Notes: a model not told the origin generated them from the letters alone. DNA of 64,000 nt from Kiritimatiellia bacterium (GCA_016783675.1 JADHWE010000002.1:19690-83689); one strand, 5' to 3'. Positions 38,861 to 49,186 are shown, counted from the stretch's first letter. Numbers and translations are program-made.

Positions 38861-40075
38861 TTACGTCGTATACTCCGAGTTGATCCTTACGTACTCGTAG
38901 CTGCAATCGCAGGTATAGACCGTGTCGCTGCCGCTCCCGACATGCAGGTCCACCAGGACCGTGAACTCGTCCTGCTTGAGCACGGCTTCGAGCGACGTGA
39001 GGTCCGTCTGACCGGCCACGAGGCCGTTACTGACTGCAACGCAGTCGTCCAGCTTGATTTCAATCGTATCGGGATCGACCTGCACGCCGGCATAGCCCAC
39101 CGCGTCGTAGATCCGACCCCAGTTGGGATCACACCCGAACCACGAGGTCTTCACGAGCAGCGAATTGGCGATCGCCCGCGCCGCCTGCCGCGCCTCGCCG
39201 TCACTCGCGGCGCCCTGCACAGTCACGGTCACGAACTTCGTCGCGCCTTCGCCGTCCGTCACAATCATTCGGGCCAGCCGGCCACACACCTCGCGCACGG
39301 CCTTCACGAACAGGGCCCAGTCCGGGTGGTTCGTCTGCAGCGGCGTGTTCCCTGCCGCACCATTGGCAAGGAAGAGCACGGTATCGTTTGTGCTCTCGTC
39401 ACCGTCTACGGTAATCCGGTTAAAGCTATCCTGGACGGCTTCGCGCAGCATGTCCTGCAGGGCGGCGGTTTCGACGGCGGCGTCCGTAGCCAGGTAGGCC
39501 AGCATGGTGGCCATGTTGGGATCGATCATGCCGGAGCCCTTGGCCATACCGCCAATCCGTACCGGTTTGCCATCAATGGTAAGTTCCAGAGCGATCTCCT
39601 TGGGCACGAGATCGGTGGTCATAATCGCCCGGGCAGCGGCCGCACCGCCATCTTCGGAGAGCGCACCGGCCGCGGCCTTGATTCCGGCTTCCAGCTTCGC
39701 CATCGGCATGGGGACGCCGATGGTCCCGGTCGAACAGACGCAAACGGCCTCGGCGGAAAGGCCTACGGCCTCGGCCGTCAGAATGGCCATCCGGTCGGCA
39801 TCCTGCCGTCCCTGGGCGCCGGTGGCGGCATTGGCGTTGCCGCTGTTGACGATGACGGCCCGCCCCACGCCAAGAGCGACCCGCTCCCGGCACAGCGCGA
39901 CCGGGGCCGCCGCGAGCCGGTTGGACGTAAACGTACCAGCCAGCGCCGCGTCCCGATCCGACAGCAGCAATGCCACGTCCGGCTTCTCGCTCCGGATGCC
40001 GCAATTCACGGCCCCGGCCGTAAAACCGGCCGGCGCAGTGATGCCGCCATCAGTCTCTGTCCACGCAGTTCCCAT
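38861..40075 (-). CDS. argJ: Glutamate N-acetyltransferase / ornithine acetyltransferase ArgJ
   Basis: 'NSGNANAATG', 'STG.IG', 'AIMTTD', 'KGSGMI.PNMATML', 'STND', 'DGEGATK', 'YVRINSEY'. Confidence 0.96.
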   Translation of the reverse strand: MGTAWTETDGGITAPAGFTAGAVNCGIRSEKPDVALLLSDRDAALAGTFTSNRLAAAPVALCRERVALGVGRAVIVNSGNANAATGAQGRQDADRMAILTAEAVGLSAEAVCVCSTGTIGVPMPMAKLEAGIKAAAGALSEDGGAAAARAIMTTDLVPKEIALELTIDGKPVRIGGMAKGSGMIDPNMATMLAYLATDAAVETAALQDMLREAVQDSFNRITVDGDESTNDTVLFLANGAAGNTPLQTNHPDWALFVKAVREVCGRLARMIVTDGEGATKFVTVTVQGAASDGEARQAARAIANSLLVKTSWFGCDPNWGRIYDAVGYAGVQVDPDTIEIKLDDCVAVSNGLVAGQTDLTSLEAVLKQDEFTVLVDLHVGSGSDTVYTCDCSYEYVRINSEYTT

Positions 40076-40205
40076 AAACCAACTCTCGGCCTTTTCCTTT
40101 GAGAAAAAGACAAAACTGAGACTATCCCCTATCAGACGGGGAAAGGCTAGCAAAAATGAAGGGGCGCAACGCGCCATGACGGGTGTGCCGGCGAGGCTGC
40201 CGGAC

Positions 40206-41789
40206 CTACCGCCGCGGAGGGAGGAGCGACTCATCCGGAACGCGACAGGGCAGCTCGCGGCCGATGTACGCCTCGATATCGGGGATGATGAAGGATTCAT
40301 CCTCGCAGGCGAAGGAGATGGCCGTACCCTCCGTACCGACGCGGCCGGTGCGACCGATGCGATGGACGTAGTCTTCCGGCTCATACGGGAACTCGTAGTT
40401 GATGACGTGCGTCACGTCGTCAATATGGATCCCCCGCCCCGCCACATCGGTTGCCACCAGTACGCGGGTACGCCCGGACCGGAAGTCCTCGAGAATGTTC
40501 AACCGACGACGCTGCTCGACGGCACCCGAAAGCAAATCACAGGAGATTCGTTCACGCTTCAGCCGGTCGGTGAGGCGCTTGGTACGATCACGCCGGTTCC
40601 CGAAGATGAGCACCCGCCTGAACGACGGATCCTTCAGCAGGTTCATCAGCAGGGGAAACTTATCGCGCGATGTGACGCTGTAGACAATCTGTTCAACCGT
40701 CTCCGTTGCGACCTGATCGGGCTCGATCTCCACTTCAACCGGATCGCTCATCCACTGTGAGGCGAGTTGTTTGACGTCGTCGGTCAACGTCGCGCTGAAT
40801 AACATGGTGCGCCGCTGTTCCTTACGGGGGGTCTGACCAATGATGCGCCGCACATCCGGAATGAAGCCCATATCCAGCATGCGATCGGCTTCGTCGATCA
40901 CCATCATTTCGACTCTGCTCAGGTCAATCACCCGTTTCGACGCGTAGTCGAGCAGACGACCCGGCGTCGCGGCGATGATATCCACGAACCCCGCATTGAG
41001 CTGGCGTCGTTGCTTGTCGTAGTCCATACCGCCATACACCGCTTCACAGCGAATCCCGGTGTACTTGCCGAGTCCAACGGCGTCCTTGGCAATCTGGATC
41101 ACCAGCTCACGCGTCGGGGCAATCACCAATGCGCGCGGCGTCCCGTTCTTCCGCTCGCCCTGTACCGGGTTGCGGAGAAAATCGGCCATGATCGTGATAA
41201 GGAAAGCCGCGGTCTTGCCGGTACCGGTCTGGGCACGGCCGCTGATGTTCTCGCCCTGGCGTGCCTTGGTGAATACCTCGGCCTGGACAGGGGTGCAATA
41301 CTGGAAACCCAGGTCGCAGATTGCATGCATCAACTCTTCGGGCAGGTTGATGTCGTGAAAACGGGTCTTACCCTCTTCGGGCGGCACCTGGAACGAGGAC
41401 GGATCCCACGGCGTATTGTCGACCACGGGCTGCGGCACAACATCCGGAGCTCTGTCCGAGCGCGGCGGGCGACGACGACGGCCCTGACCCTCTTGTGGGG
41501 GGCGGTCACGGCGGTCCGGACGCGCCGGACGGTCACGGCGATCACCGCGAGGCGGGGAACCCGAACGCGGGGAGCGACGTTTGTCTCCGCCCGGTCGGTC
41601 TGATCCACCTTTCCGCTCGTCACCGGGTACCCAACTGTCGCCATGGCCCTGGGAGCGCTGAGACGGCTTGCGACGGCGTGAAGACGCACCACGCCCGGAG
41701 GCGCTCTGCGAAGACGAAGACGAAGGGGCTGCGGAAGCTGCCGGCTTCTTGCCCCGGAGCTTCCGGCCCAGTTGTTGAAGCAACCCCAT
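40206..41789 (-). CDS. rhlB: DEAD-box RNA helicase, RhlB-like, with long Arg/Ser/Gly-rich N-terminus
   Basis: 'GFQYCTPVQ', 'AQTGTGKT', 'PTREL', 'DEADRMLDMGFIPD', 'SAT', 'HRIGRTGR'; 'PEEGKTRFHD' resembles RhlB; TAATG overlap with rpsI. Confidence 0.85.
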   Translation of the reverse strand: MGLLQQLGRKLRGKKPAASAAPSSSSSQSASGRGASSRRRKPSQRSQGHGDSWVPGDERKGGSDRPGGDKRRSPRSGSPPRGDRRDRPARPDRRDRPPQEGQGRRRRPPRSDRAPDVVPQPVVDNTPWDPSSFQVPPEEGKTRFHDINLPEELMHAICDLGFQYCTPVQAEVFTKARQGENISGRAQTGTGKTAAFLITIMADFLRNPVQGERKNGTPRALVIAPTRELVIQIAKDAVGLGKYTGIRCEAVYGGMDYDKQRRQLNAGFVDIIAATPGRLLDYASKRVIDLSRVEMMVIDEADRMLDMGFIPDVRRIIGQTPRKEQRRTMLFSATLTDDVKQLASQWMSDPVEVEIEPDQVATETVEQIVYSVTSRDKFPLLMNLLKDPSFRRVLIFGNRRDRTKRLTDRLKRERISCDLLSGAVEQRRRLNILEDFRSGRTRVLVATDVAGRGIHIDDVTHVINYEFPYEPEDYVHRIGRTGRVGTEGTAISFACEDESFIIPDIEAYIGRELPCRVPDESLLPPRR

Positions 41790-42187
41790 TAGCGCTTCGA
41801 GAACTGGAAGCGCTTGCGCGCGCCCGGCTGACCGGCTTTCTTCCGTTCCTTCATGCGAGCGTCACGCGTGAGGCATCCACTGTTCTTGAGCACCTCGCGC
41901 AGCGAAGGATCGTCCGCTGCGAGAGCCCTGGCCACGGCGTGGCGCAGTGCGCCGGCCTGACCGCTGATACCGCCGCCCTTGAGGCGTGCGATAACGTCGT
42001 ACTTTTCAACCGTGTTGGTGATCTGAAGCGGCTGTTCGATGTACGTGCGCATCGCTTCACTGGGAAAGTACTCCTTCAGCTCGCGCTTGTTGACTTTCCA
42101 CGATCCACTGCCCGGAACCAATTCGGCCCGTGCTACTGCGGTCTTCCTGCGGCCAGTTGCGGCGCTTTTGTTTGCTTGCTCAGCCAC
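41789..42187 (-). CDS. rpsI: 30S ribosomal protein S9
   Basis: 'TGRRKTAVAR', 'GGGISGQAGA', 'ERKK.G..GARK.FQFSKR'. Confidence 0.98.
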   Translation of the reverse strand: MAEQANKSAATGRRKTAVARAELVPGSGSWKVNKRELKEYFPSEAMRTYIEQPLQITNTVEKYDVIARLKGGGISGQAGALRHAVARALAADDPSLREVLKNSGCLTRDARMKERKKAGQPGARKRFQFSKR

Positions 42188-42190
42188 GTG

Positions 42191-42640
42191 CTACTCCTGA
42201 TCTTCTTTAGAGAACCAATCCACCTGCTGGGGGTTCTGAGCTTCATGCGGGTGTTCGGGTCCCGCATAGACTTTGAGGCGCCGCGCCGCATGACGGCTCA
42301 GCGTATTCTTGGGCAACATGCCGCGGACGGCCAACCGAATCATACGGTCAGGATGCCGCTCGCGCATCACGGAAGCCTTAACTTCCTTCAAACCACCGCG
42401 CCAACCGGAGTAGCGGTGATAGATCTTTTTGTCATCTTTATTGCCGGTAAGCTTTACCTTATCGGCATTGACAACCACTACGAAATCGCCCGTATCCACG
42501 TGCGGGGTATAGGTCGGTTTGTCCTTACCACGCAGTGCATCCGCAATCTTAACAGCGACCCGGCCAAGCGGCTTATCGGCCACGTCAACGAGCAGCCATG
42601 CGCGGTCCGGCCCAGGGTCTTTTGCCACAAAACTCTTCAT
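42191..42640 (-). CDS. rplM: 50S ribosomal protein L13
   Basis: 'LRGKDKPTYTPHVDTGDFVVVVNA', 'AVRGMLPK', 'HPHEAQ'. Confidence 0.98.
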   Translation of the reverse strand: MKSFVAKDPGPDRAWLLVDVADKPLGRVAVKIADALRGKDKPTYTPHVDTGDFVVVVNADKVKLTGNKDDKKIYHRYSGWRGGLKEVKASVMRERHPDRMIRLAVRGMLPKNTLSRHAARRLKVYAGPEHPHEAQNPQQVDWFSKEDQE

Positions 42641-42670
42641 GTCCAAATCCTTCCCACCAAAAGACCGGGA

Positions 42671-42700
42671 AACATACAGGAAGCCGCTCCGGGGTGTCAA
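42671..42700 (-). promoter_or_regulatory. Probable rplM-rpsI promoter
   Basis: Minus strand TTGACA-18 bp-(TG)TATGTT. Confidence 0.6.
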
Positions 42701-42720
42701 CACCCAAGCAGAGGGTTTTT

Positions 42721-45219
42721 TCACGGACTAAGGGTCTCTTCCTCTATCTCCTTGTCCACCTTGTCCAGAATCTTGTCCCACCGCTTGTTCTCGCGGGACA
42801 CAAAATCAGCAATCTCGGGATGCAGCCCGCTCAGGTTATCCTTGGGCTTCTCCTTCGCGCGACGCTTCGCCTCCTTCGCCATTTCCTTCTGGCGCCGCTT
42901 GGCCTCCTTCGCGGCCTCGGCGGCCGCCTTGCGGTCGGCTTCGTTCGGCTCGGCCAGGCGGCTGTTCGACCACCCGCGCTCCCACATACCCTCGATGCTG
43001 GCCGCATCGGCGCGGCGACGTGCATCGTCCTCCATCTCCTCGGGCGTGTTGAGTACGTAAGGTGTGATGAACACGATCACTTCGTTGCGCGCATTCTCGT
43101 CGCGCTGCGACTTGAACAGACGCCCCAGCAGCGGAATATCGCCCAGCAAGGGCACCTTGCTCTCCGTGTTGACGGTCTGGTTGACGACCAGCCCGCCCAG
43201 TACAATGGTATCGCCGCTGCCAACCGCAATATCCGCCTCCAGTTTGCGGCTCGTGATGATTGGCCAGTCGGTATCGTTGATAGTCTGGACGCCGGAGACG
43301 TTGTCGATCTGCTGCGCGATCTCCATGACAACGAACTTCTTGGCATTGATACGCGGGGTGACCGTCAGGGACACGCCAACCTTCTTCGTCTCGACATCGT
43401 CTTCGTAGAAGGGGTTGTCCCCACCGCCAACATATTTCTTGCCCTTGTAGAAATAGCGTTCGGTAGAAACGTCAATGGTGGCGTCCTTGTTGTCGGTCGT
43501 CAGGATCACGGGCGACTGGAGGATCTTTGTACGCGAATCGGTCGAGACCAGCCGCAACACCATGTCCAGGTTCAGATCGAAGAAGGTCATGTAGTATGTC
43601 AGACCGGACATCGGATCGCTCGGAAACTTGCTGATCTCGGAAAAGGAGAGGCTGTCGCTGGGTGCCATGTCTCCCCCGCCACCAGAGCCGGCGAAGGAAG
43701 CGATCGGCGAACGCGAGCCGAACTCGTCCTGGTTGTAGGCGATGATCGAACGCTGTAACCAGTCGAACCCGGATTCGAAGGTGTCACCCAGGTTCACCTC
43801 GAGCACCACCGCTTCGACGAGCACCTGTGAGAGCATCATGTCCATGTCGCCAATGATCTCTTCGATCGTTACCAGGTCGGCCTTGCTGGCCATGATGATC
43901 AGGGCATTCGTGCGTTCGTCGGCCAGGATCTTGATATTATCCTTGGAGAGTTCGCCAACCTTCGACCTCCCTTCGGCACTTACGGTCGCGGTCGCGGTCG
44001 TCTTCTTGACATTGCGCAGGGCCGTGCTGCCTTCTCCAGCCACGGGCTTCTTTCCGCCGGCCGCGGGGACTTCCTCCTTGGCCGCGCCAATCAGGTCGTT
44101 CAGCATGGAGCCGACATCCTTGGCTTCGGCAAACTCAAGACGGATCACACGCACAACCACATCCGGCGAGGTCTCCACGTCGAGGACCTGCACGATCTTC
44201 TCGAAGTACTTCATGTTCTCCGGGCGCGTGATGATGATCAGGATATTGGTGCGGTCGTCGGCCACGATCTTGACCTTGCCGCGAATGATCCCACGCTCAG
44301 CCTGCGCCACGATCTCCTCGGTGACTGCGGGCTGGGCCGGCGCTGTCGGGACCGTGCGCGCGCGTATAACACCGGCAGGGGTCCTCTTGACCGTGCCCGG
44401 ACTGCCGGAGGTCTTGCGGACGGCAACGGCCTTCTTCTGGTCCTCCTGCGAATCGGCGATCAGCTCCTCGAGCTTGCTCTTAATCTCGCTGGCCTTACTG
44501 AACTTGATGGCGATAACGTGTGGCTCTTCGCGGGCCTCGATCGGTTGGTCGATGTACTGCAGGATCTTCATGATCCGGTTGATGTTCGCGGCCGTATCCG
44601 TCACGAGCAGGCTGTTCATGGTCTCAAACGTGTGAATCTGCCCGTACGTATGCTTGAGCGGATCAACCGCGGCCTTGGCCTCGGCCATGCCGATGTGCTT
44701 GAGCGTAATGAGCTGGCTGACCAGCTCGTCGGTCTCGTTTAGTCCAACAAACTGTTCCAGGATCTTGCCCGTCAGGTTGGTGACCGGATTGCCTTCCTCG
44801 TCGAGGATGATCTCAAACTCCTGCTCCCCGATCCGCATGGCTTCCTGGCGCGCCTCGGCGATCGGCACCACCTTCACAAACTTGTCGCCCACCTTCACAA
44901 GACCGATGCCATGCATGGCGAGGATGGCCTCGGTGGCCTGGAGATACTCGTCCAGCGTCAGTCCGCCCTGGCTGCGCAGGGTGATCATGGTCTTCGGGAC
45001 CTTCGGCCCCATCAACAGTGTCCGATTGGTTTTCTGGCTGTAGTCGTTGAGCACGATATCCAGTGTGGCCTGGTTGAACTTCAGGCTATAGAGGAGATCG
45101 CGGCCACCCGGATTGGACTGACCCCACAGGACCGAGCTCGGCAGCAGCAGGAGCGCCGCCACGAAGAGTCCCATCAGCCCGTTGCGATTCCTTGTTACAA
45201 GCAGATCCATCATCATCAC
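42721..45219 (-). CDS. gspD: Type II secretion secretin GspD
   Basis: N0-N3 repeats ('NSLLVTD', 'ADDRTNIL', 'ADERTNAL'), 'QVLVEAVVLEV', 'SKVPLLGDIPLLGRLFK', 'VFITP'. Confidence 0.92.
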   Translation of the reverse strand: MMMMDLLVTRNRNGLMGLFVAALLLLPSSVLWGQSNPGGRDLLYSLKFNQATLDIVLNDYSQKTNRTLLMGPKVPKTMITLRSQGGLTLDEYLQATEAILAMHGIGLVKVGDKFVKVVPIAEARQEAMRIGEQEFEIILDEEGNPVTNLTGKILEQFVGLNETDELVSQLITLKHIGMAEAKAAVDPLKHTYGQIHTFETMNSLLVTDTAANINRIMKILQYIDQPIEAREEPHVIAIKFSKASEIKSKLEELIADSQEDQKKAVAVRKTSGSPGTVKRTPAGVIRARTVPTAPAQPAVTEEIVAQAERGIIRGKVKIVADDRTNILIIITRPENMKYFEKIVQVLDVETSPDVVVRVIRLEFAEAKDVGSMLNDLIGAAKEEVPAAGGKKPVAGEGSTALRNVKKTTATATVSAEGRSKVGELSKDNIKILADERTNALIIMASKADLVTIEEIIGDMDMMLSQVLVEAVVLEVNLGDTFESGFDWLQRSIIAYNQDEFGSRSPIASFAGSGGGGDMAPSDSLSFSEISKFPSDPMSGLTYYMTFFDLNLDMVLRLVSTDSRTKILQSPVILTTDNKDATIDVSTERYFYKGKKYVGGGDNPFYEDDVETKKVGVSLTVTPRINAKKFVVMEIAQQIDNVSGVQTINDTDWPIITSRKLEADIAVGSGDTIVLGGLVVNQTVNTESKVPLLGDIPLLGRLFKSQRDENARNEVIVFITPYVLNTPEEMEDDARRRADAASIEGMWERGWSNSRLAEPNEADRKAAAEAAKEAKRRQKEMAKEAKRRAKEKPKDNLSGLHPEIADFVSRENKRWDKILDKVDKEIEEETLSP

Positions 45220-45767
45220 TCCGAGCCGTCTGCGGCAGCAGTCTCGTCCCCGCGCGTGTAAGCACAGGAGAGGGAAAAACGGCCCCGCAGCACTTTTCCG
45301 GCCTTCGGTTTTATATGCAGAAAGCGAACATCCAACATAGCACCGCGCGACTGCAAATCAAAGAGGAAATGGACCAGGGAGTCAAGGCTGCCCTCCCATT
45401 CGTTGCACTCAATCGGCAACTCGTACACGTCGCCCTGCTGCCGTTCTTCCCCTGCTTCGATGCGGCGAATTTCCAGCCCGTGTTTCCGGGCGACGGAGTC
45501 GATCGTCGACAGCCACAGGATATCGGTCTTCATCTTCGTGCCGTACTGCGGCATGGCCTCGCTCAACTCGTCGAATCGCGCTTCCCACTCCTCACGCTTC
45601 TCGACCAGGCCGCCATCGCGATCGATTTCGTCCTCGAGCCGCGCCTGTACCTTCTGGAGGCGCTGCCACTCGGCCAGGCGCGGACGGGCCAGCAGGAGCG
45701 TGCCGCCGAACAGCCCCACGGTCAGGGTGATCATACCAAGTGTCAATTCGCGGGAGGTGATCTTCAT
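45216..45767 (-). CDS. gspM: GspM/PilO-like protein
   Basis: 'ITSRE' + TM + 'WEGSLDSLVHFLFDLQ'; ATGA-coupled to gspL and gspD. Confidence 0.7.
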   Translation of the reverse strand: MKITSRELTLGMITLTVGLFGGTLLLARPRLAEWQRLQKVQARLEDEIDRDGGLVEKREEWEARFDELSEAMPQYGTKMKTDILWLSTIDSVARKHGLEIRRIEAGEERQQGDVYELPIECNEWEGSLDSLVHFLFDLQSRGAMLDVRFLHIKPKAGKVLRGRFSLSCAYTRGDETAAADGSE

Positions 45768-47149
45768 GACGACTCCTCCCCCTGCGGCAACGTCAGGACC
45801 ATGTCGAAGTTCCAATGGCGACGGCGGCGGTCCTGGATCTGCGTACCGAGTTCAACCTGCGGGAAGAACCCGGATGTATCCAGGGCCTCTTTAAAGCCGT
45901 AGATCCGGCTACGCTCACCCGCCTGCCCCACCACGCGAATCGTATCGCCCTTGGTGTACGTGAACGAGACGAGGTCCACACCTTCGGGTTGGATGCCGCT
46001 GATTTCGCGCAGACACTCCAGCGCGGAGTGCGACATGTCGGTGTAGCGGTCGATCATGAGAACCCGTCGGCGCAGTTCGCGCACCGCCATGGCGGGAGCT
46101 TCCCAGGTCTTGCGCCTGGCCTGAAGCCGGCTGATGGACCCTTTGCGCCAGCCAAACAGCGCCACAAGCCCGATCATGCAGAGCAACCATACGCCCAGCA
46201 CGCCGGCCAAGCCGCCGAGCATCTGCCGGCGATGGCGCGCCGATGTATCCGCATCCAGCCACGCCTGCGGGGTCAGGTCGATTCCCCCCCCCGTAACCAG
46301 GCGCCTCGCAATGCCTTCGCATACCGGCGGCAGGCCGTCGAGCGCATGCGACGTGATGTCGCCGACACCCTCCGCTTGCAGTGCATTCTCGATCGCGGCG
46401 AGCTGGTCTTCGCAGGCCCAGAGCACGACCCCGCACGGCTGGCTACCGTGTTCCAGTTCGACCGTGATCAGCGTATGCCTCAGCTCCTGCCCGATATCTG
46501 CGACCCGCTCCGCGGGCACAGTATCGGAGCCAAGATCAAGGGAGCGGAATACCAGCGGTACGGCGTCCTGCACAATGATTAGCTCGGCCGTAGCCCCGGC
46601 GATAACAACCAATGCCGCGCGGCCTTCGGCCGGAACGTTACCCTCATCCTGAAGCAGCCGCCACCAGCCGAGGGCACAGCTATCGATTCCTGTCGGACGC
46701 AGGCCCGCTTCAACCAGCAATCTGGCGTGCGCATCAACCGCCTCGTCCCGCGCGGCAGCTACGAGCACGCGGCATTGATCCTCGGAGCGATCAAGGACCT
46801 CGTGCGATACGGCCATCGTCTCGATCGGGAAAGGCGAGAACTTGTCCGCCTGCAGTTCGACCATTTCGGCCAGCTCATCGTCTTCCACGGCGGGCAGATC
46901 AACCACGCGCAGCAGCACCTCGGTGGAGGGAAGGCCCAGCGCCGTATCGCCTTTGACGGCCCCACAGGCTGACCGGATATGCTCGACCGCAGCCGCGTGC
47001 GCGGCCTCGGGATCGAGCGCTTCCTCGTCGAGAGACAGGACTTCCATGCCCTGGTCGACGCGGCGAAGACGATCGCCGCCCTGGACCAGCACGGCCCACT
47101 CAAGGCGATCACCCTCCAGCACAAAACCTGTTGCCCGTCCCCTGGCCAC
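45764..47149 (-). CDS. gspL: GspL-like protein (PilM-like cytoplasmic + TM + PilN-like periplasmic)
   Basis: 'LLRVVDLP', 'SPFP', 'VLVAA', 'AGLRP', 'IDLTP' + TM + periplasmic domain. Confidence 0.75.
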   Translation of the reverse strand: MARGRATGFVLEGDRLEWAVLVQGGDRLRRVDQGMEVLSLDEEALDPEAAHAAAVEHIRSACGAVKGDTALGLPSTEVLLRVVDLPAVEDDELAEMVELQADKFSPFPIETMAVSHEVLDRSEDQCRVLVAAARDEAVDAHARLLVEAGLRPTGIDSCALGWWRLLQDEGNVPAEGRAALVVIAGATAELIIVQDAVPLVFRSLDLGSDTVPAERVADIGQELRHTLITVELEHGSQPCGVVLWACEDQLAAIENALQAEGVGDITSHALDGLPPVCEGIARRLVTGGGIDLTPQAWLDADTSARHRRQMLGGLAGVLGVWLLCMIGLVALFGWRKGSISRLQARRKTWEAPAMAVRELRRRVLMIDRYTDMSHSALECLREISGIQPEGVDLVSFTYTKGDTIRVVGQAGERSRIYGFKEALDTSGFFPQVELGTQIQDRRRRHWNFDMVLTLPQGEESS

Positions 47150-47150
47150 G

Positions 47151-48275
47151 TTACTCCTCTCGCCACCTCAAAAAACGCAAAGCGCCCTGCTCACGCTCGG
47201 CAATGCACCATATCCGGCGCTCCACCCCGCCAACCCGACCGATGCTCGTAATGCGATATATGCTCGAATCCACCGTTATGAAGGGCGTTACCTCCGACGT
47301 CAGATCAGGGATCCGCGCCAACATGTCGCTCGTACTCTTGAAGGAGGTGTCCTCGTCAGAGCCCTCCTCAAGGAGCGCTCCTTCACGCTCTTCAATAATC
47401 GCGCCCGCAATCAGTTCATCGACTTCCGGCAGGGTCATCAGCACCCGCTGTGACGCCGCGTTGATGTTGACCTTGCCGTCGCCGTATGTCGTCAGCAGGT
47501 CCTCAATGCCCGTCACCATCCATGGCTCACCCTCTTCGTCCTCAATCTCATCGAGCGGGCCACCAAATAGTATCGCCCGGCTGAAACCCTTTACAAGGAG
47601 AAGTTCGCCAACCGTGTCCAGTGGACCGTTTTTAGCCATGTAAGGCGAGTCCAGTGTCGTATAATAATCCTCTGTTTCCGCCCCGTCCGTGCGGGGCTCG
47701 TCGTCGGTGTCGATCCAATCCTGGAGCGACTCGATAATCTCGGGCCAGAAATCCTCGGGAACGTTGGAGACCTCGAGCATCCGCTCCCAGTCCTCCTCCT
47801 TGAGCTGATTCACGTTGCGGCGCGCCGGTTCAGGAACAATATAGAGCAGGATCTCCCCGTCACCCAGCTCCTCGACCAGTCCGCGCACCGCCAATCCCTG
47901 GCTGAGACGCTTGGCCGCATCATGCCAGCGATCGTCTTCTTCGGGCTCCTCGCCCTCGCCCATCTCGCCGACTTCTTTCTGTTTGATCATGAGCATGCGG
48001 GCCACTTCGATGCCCGACTTGGCCAGGTAGTCGGCCTTCGTCCGGTTGCGATAGTAATAGGTAATGCGTCCCTCGACGTGTGAGTCGAAGGCGAACCCGC
48101 CGATCAACACCGCCATCAGCGCGACACTCCACAGCACGAGCATCAGGGCCGAGCCGTTCTGTACCGAGAAGTCCTGCTTCATGTGTAGGGCGCCACCGCG
48201 TGGCGCTGGCCGCACGCGGTGCGGCCCTACAACGAGAGCGAAGCTCTTCTTCTGTCGTGTGCCTTCTCTGCTCAT
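47151..48275 (-). CDS. gspK: Minor pseudopilin GspK
   Basis: 'G|SALMLVLW', 'LQDWIDTD', 'KNGPLDTVGELLLVKGF', 'GKVNINAAS..VL..LP'; ATGA-coupled start 48275 (alternative ATG 48182). Confidence 0.9.
   Translation of the reverse strand: MSREGTRQKKSFALVVGPHRVRPAPRGGALHMKQDFSVQNGSALMLVLWSVALMAVLIGGFAFDSHVEGRITYYYRNRTKADYLAKSGIEVARMLMIKQKEVGEMGEGEEPEEDDRWHDAAKRLSQGLAVRGLVEELGDGEILLYIVPEPARRNVNQLKEEDWERMLEVSNVPEDFWPEIIESLQDWIDTDDEPRTDGAETEDYYTTLDSPYMAKNGPLDTVGELLLVKGFSRAILFGGPLDEIEDEEGEPWMVTGIEDLLTTYGDGKVNINAASQRVLMTLPEVDELIAGAIIEEREGALLEEGSDEDTSFKSTSDMLARIPDLTSEVTPFITVDSSIYRITSIGRVGGVERRIWCIAEREQGALRFLRWREE
48184..48231. repeat. GTAG-type REP-like doublet inside the gspK leader
   Basis: TGTAGGGcgcCACCGCGTGgcgctggccgCACGCGGTGcggCCCTACA. 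Confidence 0.75.
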
Positions 48276-49186
48276 TTAGCCTTGTCCACCGCGGGCGGCG
48301 CCGCGTTGCCGCCACTGCTGCTTCCTGAACCGGGGTTCGATTTCAGTTTTCTCTCTCTTGAGGAATCCTTGTCAGACTTCGACGGCTGCGCCGACGTACT
48401 GCGTCCCCATGAGAGCGGGGCGAGTGGAACCTGCACGACGCGTTTCAACTCAATCGGGTCTTCATCCTCATCGATCGGATTCATCCAAAGCGTCACTTCG
48501 ACGGAATACGGCAACCGGTTGGTATCTTCCCACTCATCGATCCACTCGATTTTCTCTTCCATGTCGGCCTCGGGGTCCTGCATGCGACAGTTGAAACCAA
48601 CAATACGGCGGGCAATGAAACGGGGTTCTATGTCCTCGGGGTCGAAATCTTCCGGTTGTCCCAACAGGCTCCAGGCGCGAATGGCCGCGGCGGCCTCGCC
48701 CTCTTCGTCTTCCCCTACGAAGAACTCGACCCGATGGGGCGCCTCCGGGTTCTCCAGGTCACGGCTGTCGCGTCCCACCAGCGCAGCGCCGAGCTTCACC
48801 CATGTCACCATGTCGCTGGAGCTGGGGGACTCCCCGTTGTCCTCGATCGAAAATCCATACTTCTCCTGCCCCACCGCCGAGTCGGGCATGTAGGCCGACC
48901 GCAAGCCCAGCACGAGTTGATCCATCACGAAATCGCCGTGGTGCAGGCTATCGCTGAGCATCATGCCCTTGCGCCAGGCCGTCGACACCACCTGGAACGC
49001 CATCAGCGTAATACCCGTAATCGCCGCAAGAATGGTAACCGCCACGAGCACTTCCAGGAGCGTGAAGCCGCGAGTTCTATCTCTACCCCCAGCGGAGGCC
49101 AAGGGGAAGGTCACGCAGGCCTTAGCGGTTCGGTATTCCGAACCGGTCCAGCCAAGTGGCCTTCCTCTTGGCCGGAGCTCACTCAT
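48272..49186 (-). CDS. gspJ: Minor pseudopilin GspJ-like
   Basis: 'RG|FTLLEVLVAVTILA'; C-terminal 'W.DEW...RLP..VEVTL'; ATG 49186 overlaps the gspI stop. Confidence 0.82.
   Translation of the reverse strand: MSELRPRGRPLGWTGSEYRTAKACVTFPLASAGGRDRTRGFTLLEVLVAVTILAAITGITLMAFQVVSTAWRKGMMLSDSLHHGDFVMDQLVLGLRSAYMPDSAVGQEKYGFSIEDNGESPSSSDMVTWVKLGAALVGRDSRDLENPEAPHRVEFFVGEDEEGEAAAAIRAWSLLGQPEDFDPEDIEPRFIARRIVGFNCRMQDPEADMEEKIEWIDEWEDTNRLPYSVEVTLWMNPIDEDEDPIELKRVVQVPLAPLSWGRSTSAQPSKSDKDSSRERKLKSNPGSGSSSGGNAAPPAVDKAK
49083..49178 (+). repeat. Branched palindromic element, copy B, inside the gspJ leader
   Basis: ctacccccagcggaggccaaggggaaggtcacgcaggcctt-[ggttcggtattccgaacc]-ccagccaagtggccttcctcttggccggagc. 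Confidence 0.8.

Noticed and set aside
37724..40102. 792-aa plus-strand ORF (also 41495..43060, 39504..40760, 9316..10758, 62731..63972 and many similar)
   Set aside because: Antisense shadows of well-supported genes in high-GC DNA; no recognisable motifs
40076..40384. Long N-terminal extension of ArgJ
   Set aside because: Overlaps the helicase 3' end and intergenic DNA; homology begins at MGTAW (40075)
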